A DNA stretch of 64,000 bases from positions 372,001 through 436,000 of the forward strand of contig JAQGDQ010000113.1 of NCBI GenBank assembly GCA_030141605.1, read 5' to 3'. A program made the position numbers and the translations under genes. Below the pieces are notes generated by a model. It saw nothing but the letters and a program-made list of their open reading frames with translations, ran no database searches and was not told the origin of the DNA. The stretch is from Tubiluchus corallicola (Eukaryota; Animalia; Priapulida). Numbering within the stretch: the stretch's first letter is position 1; the number at the start of each line of letters is the position of its first letter. Shown in pieces: positions 10,581 to 23,646 of the stretch.

Positions 10581-11596
10581 CACAGTCATAATCTAATTAA
10601 TGATATTGTTAATTGCTAGCTAATTTGAAAAACTTGATACCATGAGTATCATCTACTGTCATGGGTACAGGTGGCGTTGTTGGATTGTGTGCTTCACGGA
10701 TGAAATCTCAGCCCTGCTCTGTCTTGTTGAACTGATAGTGCAGGTGACTGTCACGAATTCCCAAGTTTATGTTAATAATTTACCTTACCCACTTAGTCTT
10801 GTGGCGTGCTAGGAATCAGTTGTCACTCCCCTTCTGTTACTGGAATTGTTTACTTTTCATGTACTTTTGCTTACATTTCATATCACGTTGTATTAGGAAC
10901 ACCCCCGTAGGAACATTTAAGATTATTTATTCTGTTTAAATTACTTTAACTGATTCGTTTTCTACAGTATTCTCGTATAAATGCCTGTTAATGCTATTTC
11001 TCAATGACAGTCTATAAAGACGTGTCCACATTAGCTATTTGTTGTTCTAAATGTTGTATGAACTAAGACTAATGATATCTTTCCCTTATAGAAATAAAAA
11101 TGATTTTTATTTGCAGAGCAATGTTAATTCTTTGCTGTTGATTGAAAATGGCTAAAATGTATGATTGATGTTGATTATTTATTGAAATGAGCTCTGCTCT
11201 GTGATATTTTGAAAAGCTTTTGAACTGTGATAAATGTATATGTGATTATGCTAGTCTACATGAAATTATGCTAACATTTTTTATTCTAATTGTTGTGTTG
11301 TATGCTTATATTTACAATTGTTATGTTTGAATGTTATACTTTATTATAAAAATCTAATGGCCAAGTTTTTATACTGTTGTATTTTTTGTTGGACGACTTT
11401 TTATTCTTTGTAGACTTCACAAAAACAACAATTTGAAATTTCATAATCAAATGATACACAGTGCCTATGGTGGTAATATAAATTACATTTCACAGCAAAA
11501 GTAGCTTACTATGTGGGTAGGCATTGTTTTCGCCTAATGTCTGCTTTCCTACCAAACAAACCAAAATCAAAATTTTATTAAAACACATTTTTCTTC

Positions 11597-11679
11597 AGCC
11601 AGTCAAAGTGGCAGAGCACGGAGCACGGGAGGTCTAATCCCAGGTTTCAGGTTCAAATCCTGACTTGCTCATACTTTTT
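11597..11679 (+). pseudogene. tRNA-like pseudogene or SINE head
   Basis: AGCCAG/CTTGCT acceptor, A-box-like AGTGGCAGAGC, stem GGGA/TCCC, perfect T-arm TCAGG-TTCAAAT-CCTGA, then TTTTT. The D-arm is disrupted by a GAGCACG duplication. Confidence 0.55.
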
Positions 11680-13098
11680 GAACTCATTACCCGCAATGAA
11701 CATTCTAAAAACATTCTGGAATTCACAGTCATAATCCCATTAATGATATCGTTAACTGCCCAATATTAAATCAATAAAGGGATCGCATCGTTGCAGAAAG
11801 AGTGAAATTTCGGGTACAACTGAAACCAGATAATAGCTCTTTAAATAACAACAAAAAGCTACAATTGATGTGTAAATTCAAAGATTATTTAGCAGGAAAG
11901 ACAGATGTGTGAATTCCAGTTCAAACTCAATTACTTGCTGGAAATGACATGAAATTAGCCCTTTGGCAGGTAATGAGTTACCAGACTCACAGGCAGCTAC
12001 AAATTACGCGCAAAAATTACAGACTGCAGGTAGATAAGGTGCGCCCATCAGAGTCCAGTGGCCCCTGAGAACAAATTCTGGTATTTATATGTGGTCAGCA
12101 GGCCATTACAACGAGGAGAAACAATCTATTGTTGCTGTGGACAGGAAGTGGAGAACAATAAACACACGCGTGTGGAAGTGGAAATTCAAGACTACTAATT
12201 CTATGCAAATGCAAAACTTGTTCGAATTATTTGAATTAGAAAAATAAAAACTGCACGTGTGGGCAAGTGAGAGTACAATAACAATGTCAAAGTTCTTTAT
12301 AATTAGTTATTACACAGAGAATGTATACATGATGGAAGATGTTTATGCAGCTTTTACGCATTGGTATTCATGGTGCAAACATGTATTGCAAACAGAAAAT
12401 CAAATTTTTAAAACGTGACTTTTTCATTCTTACTAGGACACTTCAGCTTCATTTCAAGATCATAATGCATAAAATTAAAAACATAGACCACATTTTTATT
12501 ATACAAATTGGTTTTAAATTTAAGCCCAAACCAATTCAAGCAGTGCATTATTTCAAAAATTTTCTAATAAGAAAGCACTGTGGTTAAAAGCAGCAGAACA
12601 TTTTTCTTAGAATGTTTGAAAATTTTTATTAGAATGTTTATTATCATTCCAACGTTTTTTGGAAAGTAGGAACTTTTTTTATTAGAACAGAAGATCAGAC
12701 TTATACGACAGACAAAAGCTTGTGTTTCATAATTTTCAAAGTTGAGCTAAAAGCTACATAAACATCTTCCGTCTTGTACACCAAAAGGAATATTGACATC
12801 TCTGGTTGGTGCTTGGATGAAAGACCATAGATGTTTGATTAGTGTGTAAATACGTGTAAGTGCCGTGATGAAGCTGTGCATGATAAGGCAGCAAATACTT
12901 GGATCTCATCCAAGCATAGGGCTTTCACAGGCAGTATATGGGCTAATCATTAACAAAAAGGTCAGTTCTATGCACTTCACCAGGAAAGGCACCAGTTGAC
13001 CTATAAGGTTTACTAAATTGCCATTTCCAAATAACAACAAAAGTCTCCAGAAAATGAAATGGGTGGGTGAATACTGAAAATGTACCATAAAGACTTAC

Positions 13099-14711
13099 TT
13101 GTTGAATAAATTAAGTCCCACTCTATACTGCCGCTTCCTCTGAACATCAGAAACTCGGAAAGTTATGGGTACGTTTTGCTCAGCACCATGCCGTATGATC
13201 TCCTTCTGAGTGTTGCCATTCATTAACGAATCTGAGGTAGGGGAGCTTGAATACGTTGTTTCATCAAGACTGTCTGTCTCGCCACTTACATCGGAGACAT
13301 TGCTATTCCTGTTCATAGGTGCCACTTCGTGTGATGAGACTAAATACTGTGATGGACCTTTCCGTTTCCAGACAGGTGATATGAGATCAGTTTCATTTCG
13401 CTCATACCCAACATATTCGTCAGACTCAGATTTGTTGGACAAATCACTAGAACACGATCTAAGTTCATTATTTCTTCCACCAGATGGCAGCACATTGGTC
13501 CAATTCACGGGCTCATCAGAAGAAATGTCAGTTACGTGAGTTGCAGAACTATCTAATATTATACTACCATCTAAAGAACTAGATCTCATCCTGTGCTGCT
13601 TATCCTCTTCACGCTCACGAGCATGTTTAGGAATAGGAGGTGCCCTTTCTGGCATATCAAAATTATGACACACACTTCTGTCTGGTTGCAACGTTCTCTT
13701 AGAGTGAAGAGAATCACCAACAACAGCTCTTGGAGAGTCATTAATCACAGTTCGGGGCGAGGCAGTCATGACAGGTCGAGAAGAGTCTCCGCTGATAACT
13801 GCTCGAGGAGAATCTCCCCTAGCACGTGGAGCCTCTTTACTCATAGGCACCACCTTGTGAATTTTATGTCGATCACTCGATCGCGAACGTTCCTTCGATT
13901 TCGACCTGGCTTTACGATCAATCATATCACATTTTACGGGACTAGGTGCTTTTCGGCGGGCATCATACGCTACTGTCGGACTGAATGCCAGCTGTCTCCT
14001 GGTCGTTGAGGCAGCATTTCTGTCTAAAGATTTTGACCGTGGCGTTTTTAACGTAACTGCATGTGGGCTAGTTACACAAGGACGCTCAGGTTTTATATAA
14101 TTTGCACTTTTTCGTTCTTTAGATCGTGAGCGTTTTTGCTGTTTATGATCAACAGCCGGCGAAAGAGGTTTCACTCCATAAACATCCTCCAAAGTTTGCT
14201 CACGCGACGAGTCTCTCACAGCTTTACCTTTCAGTCGGTCTCGTGACACGGATCTCTTCAGAGCACCAACTATTGCACTTGATGAATTATTCCTATTCAC
14301 CTTGTCAGCCACAGAGGCATTGTGGATATCGAAGTCTCTGGCTCGGCCAGCATGGTGTGGTTCTCTACCTCTTGTGACATCACGTTGCACCGATAAAGCA
14401 TAATTATGATTCTGCTCATACGAACGCTGAACATGATGCAGATAGTTATCGTTTCGCTCGACTATCATAAAATTCTGATTGTACTCTCTGCATACGAACC
14501 GGCGTCGGTCCTGCTGTCCCTCCAAGAGAGGGTTATTAAATGATGGTTCCCTCATGGAGAAGTACCTACGCGACAAACGACGATCTGACTTGATGCTGCA
14601 GATATTTTGGAACTGTTTTTCCATAGAATATTTACGATAAGCACGTTGGATGATTAGGGCTGCATGACGTGCTCGGAGATGACCACCATATTTACGCTCC
14701 AGCATTTCCAC
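13099..14711 (-). CDS. IQSEC: IQSEC exon 3: IQ motif, long linker, start of Sec7
   Basis: tttcag|VEMLERKYGG...AALIIQRAYRKY (IQ motif) ... RKRQYRVGLNLFNK; donor AA|gtaagt; 1613 nt. Confidence 0.97.
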
Positions 14712-15635
14712 CTGAAAACAGAACAAAGAAGCATTGTGACATGATTTCTTTGATTTTATATGTCTTAAATATTTTTTTGGGTTTAACCACCACAATCATG
14801 TGACAAATGAAGTAAAGTTAGAGACCTTAACAACAATCAGTGGTCTTTTGTAACCATTGAAAAATTGAATACTCACTACGGTCTAGCACGAAGCAAAAGG
14901 ATGATTACAACTTGCCTTGTGGGCTAAAAATAAATTATTTTTTGCTCTTTGGTTAGATATCAAAAATAGTGTCTCAATTAGTAGTAAAGCAATCACATAA
15001 AGTGCAACTCCTTCCAGAGTTTGTAATTTGGCTGTATGTCCTGTTTGTTAAAACACATTATTTTTCTGTCAATTTTGTTAAAAACTCCAATATGAAATTT
15101 TATCGTTTGAAAATATTGAATACCTACCATGACCTAATGGAACTAAAGAAAGAATTCTGTGATGCCTTACGAGAATTCCCATGCCATAGAACTGCAAGCA
15201 CTAGCAAATGTACTTGTACAAGAAACCAAGTTTACAGAGGAGCAACTGATGAAGTGTAAAGGATGCCTAACAGCTCTACTCAGTGTCTTCTGTTATATTT
15301 TAAAAACCAATACCTCAAGTTCCACTCCTGTACCCACAGACAAATTTCAATTTTGGTCCCTTTTTGTTAAGAATTAAGAGCAATGTCTTGCAAGCTTTTA
15401 TTTCTCCAGTTTTGATTCAAATTTGTGATTATGATTGACACATATCCATAGCACTAAAGATCCGTCTTGTACTTGCACCCAACTCTGCTTTATCACTTTA
15501 TTTTTCTATTCGGCTTTACATAAATATTTTAGGAACACTGCAAAGTTTCTTTGATATTTTTAGCACTGAAACATTTCGTTTTGTTAAAGTGTTTTACCTT
15601 GAGTTCAAATCCCGATGGTCAATATAAAATCTTAC

Positions 15636-15858
15636 CTGTTTGGCTTGGATGTCCTCTGACAGCTCATATGTGCTGGAGTGCGCTCGTGACCGCTTGACCA
15701 CCTCGTCATCACGGGCCAGCTGAGACCTCTGGCGGTGAATGGTATGACTGACGCTCTTTGTGCGTTGCTTTACACGAGGAGAGTTTGGCGGTGTTGCCCC
15801 TGAGGGTGACCGCCCCTTGCCTTCTAGGTTGACACTGGTATTTAATGCATCAGGTACA
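15636..15858 (-). CDS. IQSEC: IQSEC exon 2 (pre-IQ region)
   Basis: ttttttcag| ... CAG|gtaag. Encodes VPDALNTS...DEVVKRSRAHSSTYELSEDIQAKQ, like vertebrate IQSEC1 KRSRSLSESYELSSDLQDKQ. Confidence 0.93.
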
Positions 15859-16789
15859 CTGAAAAAACAATAAACATAAAAGTTAATTTAAATGCAAAGA
15901 TGACAATAAATGTTAATATTTTTCTGGAGTTCCATTCTTATTATGTGACTGTTGCCCTCTGTCTTTGACCACTAGCCATAATTGGGCGATCCGCTTAAAT
16001 AATATATACGAAAGGTTATGATGAAATCGCTTAAAATATCTCTGTCCATACGCTCACTTCGTTAAAACTTCTCATAAATACAATAAACAAAACGAGAACT
16101 TTGCCTAAAGAGACACCATATTATTTTAAGCCAAGGGTCATTACTAAGATTACTTGCAGAAAAACACAGAACTTATGGATCACACCAGATTAACAGAATG
16201 TTAAGTAAATCTTAACCTCATTTTCAAGTTATGTAAAAAATGCAATACTACACAACTGCATTTAACTTTAATTAGTAACTGTACTGCAAAGTAACTCCAC
16301 TGTCTAATAGTCTCTAAACATTGTATTGATGATTTTAGCAATGAGATTATAATTTGCCACAAACCACAGACAAACGCTATTATATTTGAATGTGATAAAA
16401 GTAAAGTTCAACTTAATGAATAACAACAATAGTTGAAGCGTGTGAACAATAACCTGTCTGTCATGATTCCTGTACAATCTGTTTACAAATGGCGCTCCAC
16501 CAGGAACAGGAAGGTAATTTACTAATGAATAAATCAACACAGCATATCTGCAACAACCAAATGCACTTCTTCGTAGCAGGATAGTATCTTTTTTCTTTAA
16601 GTCATGAACTTGGAAAAATAATCTAGTGGATGATATAATCTCCTAGTGTACAACTAAACATACCCGGATGTGTGTAATCATCAGGCACGCAGACAGGAAT
16701 ACATGACAACCGTGTCACATACTTAGTTTCACAAAAACAATGAATAACGTACTCAAAAGGATTGGGTTACTGAAATAACACTAGTTTTA

Positions 16790-17015
16790 CGGCGCGTTCA
16801 GACTAGAAAGTTTTCTCTCGCAAATTTTTTCGTAAGTTTCTCGCAAGTTATTGCATACAAGCGTTGCGGCGCATTCAGACTAGAGAATTTAACCTCGCAA
16901 GTTCTCTCACAAGTTCTCTCTAGAAGTCTTGCAATGAATAATGCTTGTCTGCAATAACTTGTTCAAGCACTTATGAAAGAACTTTCAGGAAAAACTATCT
17001 AGTCTGAACGCTCGG
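16790..17015. mobile_element. PIF/Harbinger-type MITE
   Basis: TIR C(G/C)G(C/A)GCGTTCAGACTAGA.AGTTTT at both ends, TTA target-site duplication on both sides, third internal TIR copy at ~16867 and internal CTCGCAAGTT repeats. Confidence 0.8.
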
Positions 17016-17794
17016 TTAAAACTGCTAGGCTGCCAAAAAACAATCCTATATTACCATGACATGATTTCACGATTATCCCCAAAAACTAACAACAACCAGA
17101 AATTAATACGACAGATCTGAAAAACAAAAACAAAAACGATCGTTTTGCACCATACTGGTAAAATCCTTGTGAACTACTTCCTTCAAATTTCGCCAAGGAT
17201 GTTATGTGGAATCTATCTGTATACATTGTACCTTGAATTCCGCCCTGAACAAAAACAAACAGTTGAGATATTTTCTACAAGAAAAACGAAGCGATTCCGG
17301 AAGAAGCCAAAATATGGCACAGATAAGATCGAGTTTGGACTGCCTTTACTTGCTGAATGTATACAATATCAGTATAGGGTATAGGCAAGGGGAGCTGGTT
17401 GATACAATTACTGCCTATATATATATATATACAGAACTATGGAAGAATCATTAAGAAAGACATTAAATTTTGTTGTCTAAATTGGACGATGTAAATAAAT
17501 CGCGCGAAAATCTGAAACTAATAAAGCGACTGTTCAGGGTGATAATTACAACACGCTTTGCAATGGTTGCAATTCTAACATCACATACCACTAAGATAAT
17601 AAATTTACATAAAATTATAAAATATATAACGTGGGTCCAAAATGCATTTGCTGCTGAGAGTTATGGAACGGAAAGGCGTGGGCACTGGTCCGTCGAACAT
17701 CTGCGAGCTGGATTGACCCTTACAGGCCTGACAGCAGTTCAGGAAATTTGAGTAATCATTTCTTAGGATTGTACGTCTTTTCGTCATGGCACAA

Positions 17795-17981
17795 TTCACC
17801 AGTGCATCATTTTACCAGTGCATCATTTCGCCAGTGTATCATTTCATCAGTCATTCATTTTGCCAAATGATAATAAAAATAGTGCAAAAATTATTTAAAT
17901 AGTGGTACACTTCTCTAGTGCTTCATTCTTTCAATCTATCTTTTCGCTAGTGCATCATTTCGCCAGTCTATTTTTTGCCAG
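17795..17981. repeat. 17-bp degenerate tandem repeat
   Basis: TT(C/T)(A/G)CCAGTGCATCATT units at 17795-17865 and 17905-17981. Confidence 0.75.
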
Positions 17982-18450
17982 TTGAAGTGGGTGATCATCA
18001 TTTCTTAGTATTGAATACATGAATTATTATCTACAGTATTGAAGCATATATCTGATCCACAATACACATCAAGAATCTTGCACACTGAGTGCGCAAAAGT
18101 CTGTATAGGCGTTGCCATGCGTGGTTTAATAGCATATAATTTCTTCTTAGAAAGGTCAGCAATGGAATGCGTAGTTACACTCAGCCAACAACAATCACGC
18201 CATTGTCTGCAGGCAGACATATATTAGGCATGCAGGAATTTGATGAATAAATTCTGCCTCCCTTTTCTTACAGCCTAGCAACAACCGAGCTACCAGGCTG
18301 CCATGCAGGTAAACACGATGCATATTTAGTTATACTTACCTCACTTGAGTTGTAAAACTACTTGAGGGTTAAGGTCAACTAGTAACAAAAATTTGGATTT
18401 CCAGTCAAGTCCTATCTGGTATTTTTACAAAACTGGCTCTTTCAAGAAGA

Positions 18451-18512
18451 GTAAGGTGAAGCGAGGTGAGGTAAGGTAAGGTGAGTGAAGTGAGATGAGG
18501 TAAAATAAGATA
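18451..18512. repeat. Degenerate pentamer repeat (GGTGA/GGTAA)
   Basis: Direct reading. Confidence 0.7.
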
Positions 18513-21500
18513 TCTGTTGACAGCAGTTTTTATTCCCAGGTCTATAAAATTATAAGATTATGCAATAAACGAAATAAAATAAAAGCAGTTTCATCAGTCC
18601 CAGTTCTTGCACGGTGACACATACAAACTGCAGTGCAAGTTACATTGTCAAAATTCGTAATAAGAAGTTGTATTTCTGCAGACCTGACGCGTCAGCTGGA
18701 AAAGCGTGGAATTTGAATGCAATGCAGTTTAGAACTGAAATGCGATTACAATAACTACAATATGGACAGCGATTGAAAGAGTCTCCATCTATTATCAGGA
18801 TTCTGAAGAATTTGCAGCGCGTAGATGAAATGTTAGTCATACTGCTTAGTTTATTTACGAATGCAATACCTGATTCCTTTCCAGTTACAGTCGCAGAATA
18901 AATACGACTAATGCGGTTAATACGAATGTGAATTTGTGTGAATAATTTAATAATTAGCCAAGAACTGTGCCACCCATAACCAGATAATTAGATTATAATC
19001 TATCCGCGAAATCTTTACCACCCATGAGTTATAGCAATTAGCAAATCAGCAAATTCATGAAGTCGTTTTTCCTGCCACGCCAAGATACGATAAAAGAAGC
19101 AGCTCTTTATAATACACATCTCATTCTGCAATGGTCAGACAGTTAAAACCATTAGCAAACACACAAGGCTCGGCAAATTGAAAAAGTAGATTTGCACGGA
19201 ATATTTGCACGAGATACTATATTAGCAGCAAGAGAATGTTTGACCCAGTGACACAGAGTGGCTCGGACATCTATATATCACTTTCACAATTTGACTAGAG
19301 GGACAGCATCTGTTGCGCAAAAAGTTTCAATAGTTCTTTTAAACAACGTTTTATGTTTTGCGCAATTGTCTTTTCACATTTTTTATTTTGCATCCTAGAA
19401 AAATGTTATCAACTAGTATTTAAAGCAAATATCAACAACATCAATTTAGGTCATTTTCTAAAGCATAAGATTAGACTACTGCCTGCGGCGAAATTATCCT
19501 GAGAAATATCAAGAAAATTATAGTTTGACTTATCAGTAATAAAATCGCAACAATAACAGTATATCTGTCTAGCTGTTGTGTCGTCATTTCGTTATTGAAG
19601 TTTACAACAACAAAGTTTTTCACATTATTTTTCACCTGGACATACATTTGAAAAGTTAAGCGCGTGTATAGCGCAATTTACTTATCACTAGACGATAACC
19701 AAACTAGGCACGTTTCAAAATATTTAAAGCGAAATAAGCAAAAGCTTTTTTAGATTAAAAAGGCACTCCAAATAGATTTTGCCTTTAACAACGGAAACCC
19801 TAACACTCAACCCAAACGTTTTAAATTCATAGTGAAGATATTTCACTTCGAAGCCCGTATCACTTTAAACAATGAAACAAGCGTTGACAAACAGCTTAAG
19901 TAAAAGCCTCCCTCAGTTTGTCTTTGCTGCTCGCGGCCATAAATGTGAACGTGCCTTAACGTTCATTACCTGAAAGTAACTAAAAATCTCTTCAAACCGC
20001 AGACCTTCAAAAACAACTCGCTGTGAGGTATAGAGTTGTTATTTTGTTTGACTTTTCTGTTTATCCAAAAGCGTGAAAAGTGAGAGATAAAGGAAGTCAA
20101 GGCTTGTGATGATACAACCACAAGCACAGCTTTTGTGGTTGACGACTGTAAGGAATGTTGATTCAAGCTACATTTTACTGAACAATGCGCTGTGAGCTAC
20201 GCAGAAAGAGTCATAAAAACTTACGGGTAATAATTTGATAAAACTGTTCGTCCAAATTGCCCAGGTATTCACGATATTTCATGCAGGATAAAAAACACAT
20301 GCAGGATATTCAAGAACATCTTATCGAGGAGTAATACTTGCTTTATACTGCTAGAAAAAGTTTCAGGTTCAATGTCATCCAAACAAGTTCTATGACGTGT
20401 AAAAATTAAATTTAAGATGTCACTTCTTACGAACACAAGCTCTGTATAGCTGCAAACTGTACACGAAAGGAAGAGAAAAGAAAATTAGTTACGTTTTACA
20501 AATTTTGATCATTGTAGTTAAGCTACATAATAACAGCTATAAAATTATCTTTACGTCTTCCATCAACAGAAGAAATAACTGCTATAACAAACTGTATTTA
20601 AAATGTATAACCTAACCTAACCAAGAAAAACTGAACAGTCGTCAGTGTGATATACCTTTTTTTAACCGCTCAAGAAAAAATACTCCGGCTTCAAAACGCG
20701 CTAATTATTTGTCGATCATTTAATTTATTTAACACTCATTTTAACGAATATTTCTCATGGCTATACAAAATTTACGCTTTTCTTCGTTTTCGCACGACGC
20801 CGCAAACTCGTTTTGAAAATTAACAATTTTACAGATTCGTTAAACCCAGCCGTAAAACAGTCCTTGACCAAGCCTATAATTTCACCTACTTATTAACAAC
20901 TTTAGGACTATACAAACTTTCTATAGGCCCAATCAGCTCTGTGACAACCAACACACAAACTTCTTCTATTATAGGCATTGAGGTATCAATAATTTTCAGA
21001 GTTCTACCCACTTCTAATCTGCGGCTAACAGCGCAAGTTCTTCTACTCCTAAAGATGGATTTGGTTGAAGTTGTTAAACATTTTTATTTATTTTAGCTAT
21101 CCAAGTTGTTTTAACACAAACGCCGTCTGAAATTCTATAAATTCTATAAAGACCGAATTTTAAAACCAATTGGTTTCCATGGTTTAAAATGTAACTCGAA
21201 AGCCGTAACATCCAGTTGAACACTTAAATAAAGGGCTTAGACTTTTTATATAAAGTACTGTAGAGTCTTAAAAATACCTTAACACAATTTTCAAATCGAA
21301 TTCCACTCAGAAGGTGTCGTAACTATCTACAGCACCATAGCAACAAAAAGTGTCCTAAAAGATCGAGGTTATAGCAAGATCCAGACAGAATGGAAATACC
21401 ATGGAACAGAAATCCTTTGGCAAACACTAAACGTGACTTATTACTATGATAATTTAACACAGCCCAATTAAATTAATCCGCGCACTATTTTCGCGTAGTT

Positions 21501-23079
21501 ATTTTAATCACTGAACGCTGTAAACGCACGCACCCTACACGGTTCAGGAGGGCAAAATGCTGTTAACCGTTAGAAGTAACTCAAGTTACCGCAATACTGC
21601 ACTACTTAGCGATTTTCAGGGAGACCACACCACGTGTTAGGCACTTCCCGTATGTATAGCAAATTCCCGCCACGCTGCTGCCCATTAAGCAAAGCAAACA
21701 TTGGGGACTCTAGTTAAATTTACTAGCTTAGACGCAAAGGGGCATTCTAGGTTTAAACCACTATAGAACTGCATCAGAATTAGGGTTCTCAAGCTACGAA
21801 TTTGAACTAACTGACCCTAATATGAGTTGGAGTCTACAGCAAAGTGTCTAATGCTCATCTTAGTTTCATTTTGTTGCCGTAGAACTGACCATTTTTGTTA
21901 TCATTATCGTCATATCTACAGTTGAAAGGTTAAGAAAGCCATTTGCTCAAATTAATCTGCTTTTAGTTTTTACTGAAATAATATATGCACGAATACCAGT
22001 ACTAGTTGTGCTGCCTGAGTAAGATGTGTTGACTTCTGAAACTGCACTTAGTATAAAAACGTTATTATTTCCTTTCCTCATAGCTCTACTGGTCTAAAGT
22101 ACTGAGCCTCGGAAGCCTAGGTCCACGATTTCACGGGGGTGTTGACGTTGTGCTTGGTCAATGGTCAGTCGCAAAACCCTTGAGAAAAACGCAGTAAAAT
22201 AAGTAGGATTTTGTAAAGACGTTTAGGACATGACGGGTTGTAAGCCACATATTAGTAAATTTTCTTGGAGAATTTTTAATTATGATATTTAGATCCTGCA
22301 AAAGGCCACAAAGAAAGCGGCTTTCTCACAAATATTTACGTACACGTTAAGTCTGTCTTTAAAATCTAAAAATATAAAAATTAAAGTTCCAGGTGGTACA
22401 GCATTACAAGATTATTTGGGCATTAAAGTTCCGGCTATAGCTCACGCCCACATTACTCAGTTGGCTAATAATAAACATCCATTCAAAGTACCCGGATGTA
22501 GCCCCATGGCACAACAGCAAGCTGTCAATGCAAACACAACAATCTACGTATAACACCTGCCTAGAGGGGCCAATTTGTATAGAACGTCTTTCTAGGAAAA
22601 AGGTGAAATAAAAGACCAGAAAGAAAACAGGAGGTATTGTGAGATTTGATTTAAATGCAGTTCTGACATCGCTGTCAAATGAATCATGGTTCCATTAGTA
22701 ATGCTATAATTATAAACTCATTATGGTATTAACTGTATTATCCCCTGGACAAATGACGCATCCTTGAGCCGTACGTTTATTCAAGTTTAGGTAACCAGGT
22801 TGAGCAAATTTTTAGGCAATAAGCATTAAATTATACAGTGCATAATAACTGTGCCAATTTTAAAATTTAAATTTGACGTAACAGCACACAAAGTTGCACG
22901 AAAATTGTAACTTTGGCCTATGAAATTATTGCATGTTAGGTCAATAAGTTTGCTTTGCTCAGTTCAAATTTGTAATTATCAGCCCTGGGTTGGTAAGTTA
23001 ATCTTAAAATTCAACTCAGAAATCAGTTCCTCCATTCCTCTTACTAATTTTATTACTGTTAATATTAAAACATTCTGAC

Positions 23080-23552
23080 AGACTTCGAAAAAGATATCAT
23101 TTCATCTTTTAAGCAGAATTTTGAAGTGAAAACTTTAGAAAAGGTTAGGAATATTAAAGAGGGAGAGGCCTTAGCAAAATTTAGAATTAGTGCTCATCGT
23201 TTGGCTGTTGAAACTGGTAGATATACCAGGGAACCTATTCCAGGTGAAAATTGAGTTTCTAGTGTTTGCAATGTTGTTGAAGATGAATAATATCATTTTT
23301 ATTGCACTGCTCAAAACATGTCACACACAACTTTATGGTGAACACACAGTTTCTCAATATGATCCTACTTTTAGTGCTTTAACTGAAAAAGAAAAAATGT
23401 TTTGTCTGATGCAGCCACAAAACACTAATACAATGTACAGTGGCAAAATTTATGCGAATATGCATGTAATCTATTGTGTGAAACGTTTATTATTGTTTTG
23501 ATCGGCCGTGTTGGCCACATATCAATAAACTATCTATCTATCTATCTATCTA

Positions 23553-23603
<51 letters not shown>

Positions 23604-23605
23604 GC

Positions 23606-23636
<31 letters not shown>

Positions 23637-23646
23637 CCTATCTACC
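23080..23646 (+). mobile_element. 3' remnant of a non-LTR retrotransposon (RTEX/L2-like ORF2 C-terminus) with tetranucleotide tail
   Basis: The frame at 23171 reads LAKFRISAHRLAVETGRY...VCNVVEDE*YHF (decayed Zn-knuckle). 3' hairpin GGCC-GTGTT-GGCC, CAATAAA, then (TATC)n/(TGTC)n at 23531-23646. Confidence 0.8.

Noticed and set aside
13210-14377. Plus-strand ORFs of 109, 138 and 83 aa
   Set aside because: Antisense shadows of IQSEC exon 3.
14712-14795. N-terminal extension of the 566-aa ORF (MWWLNPKK...)
   Set aside because: Intronic; non-ATG start upstream of a clear acceptor.
15159-15300. VLVQETKF as a LINE endonuclease remnant
   Set aside because: A single short motif with no other APE motifs.
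18340-18420. Strong minus-strand donors at 18339 and 43072
   Set aside because: Stops in the compatible frame; at most non-coding exons, which cannot be supported from sequence alone.
19970-20166. Phase-2 open frame ending in AG|gtaatg as an alternative first exon
   Set aside because: No in-frame ATG before the upstream stop.
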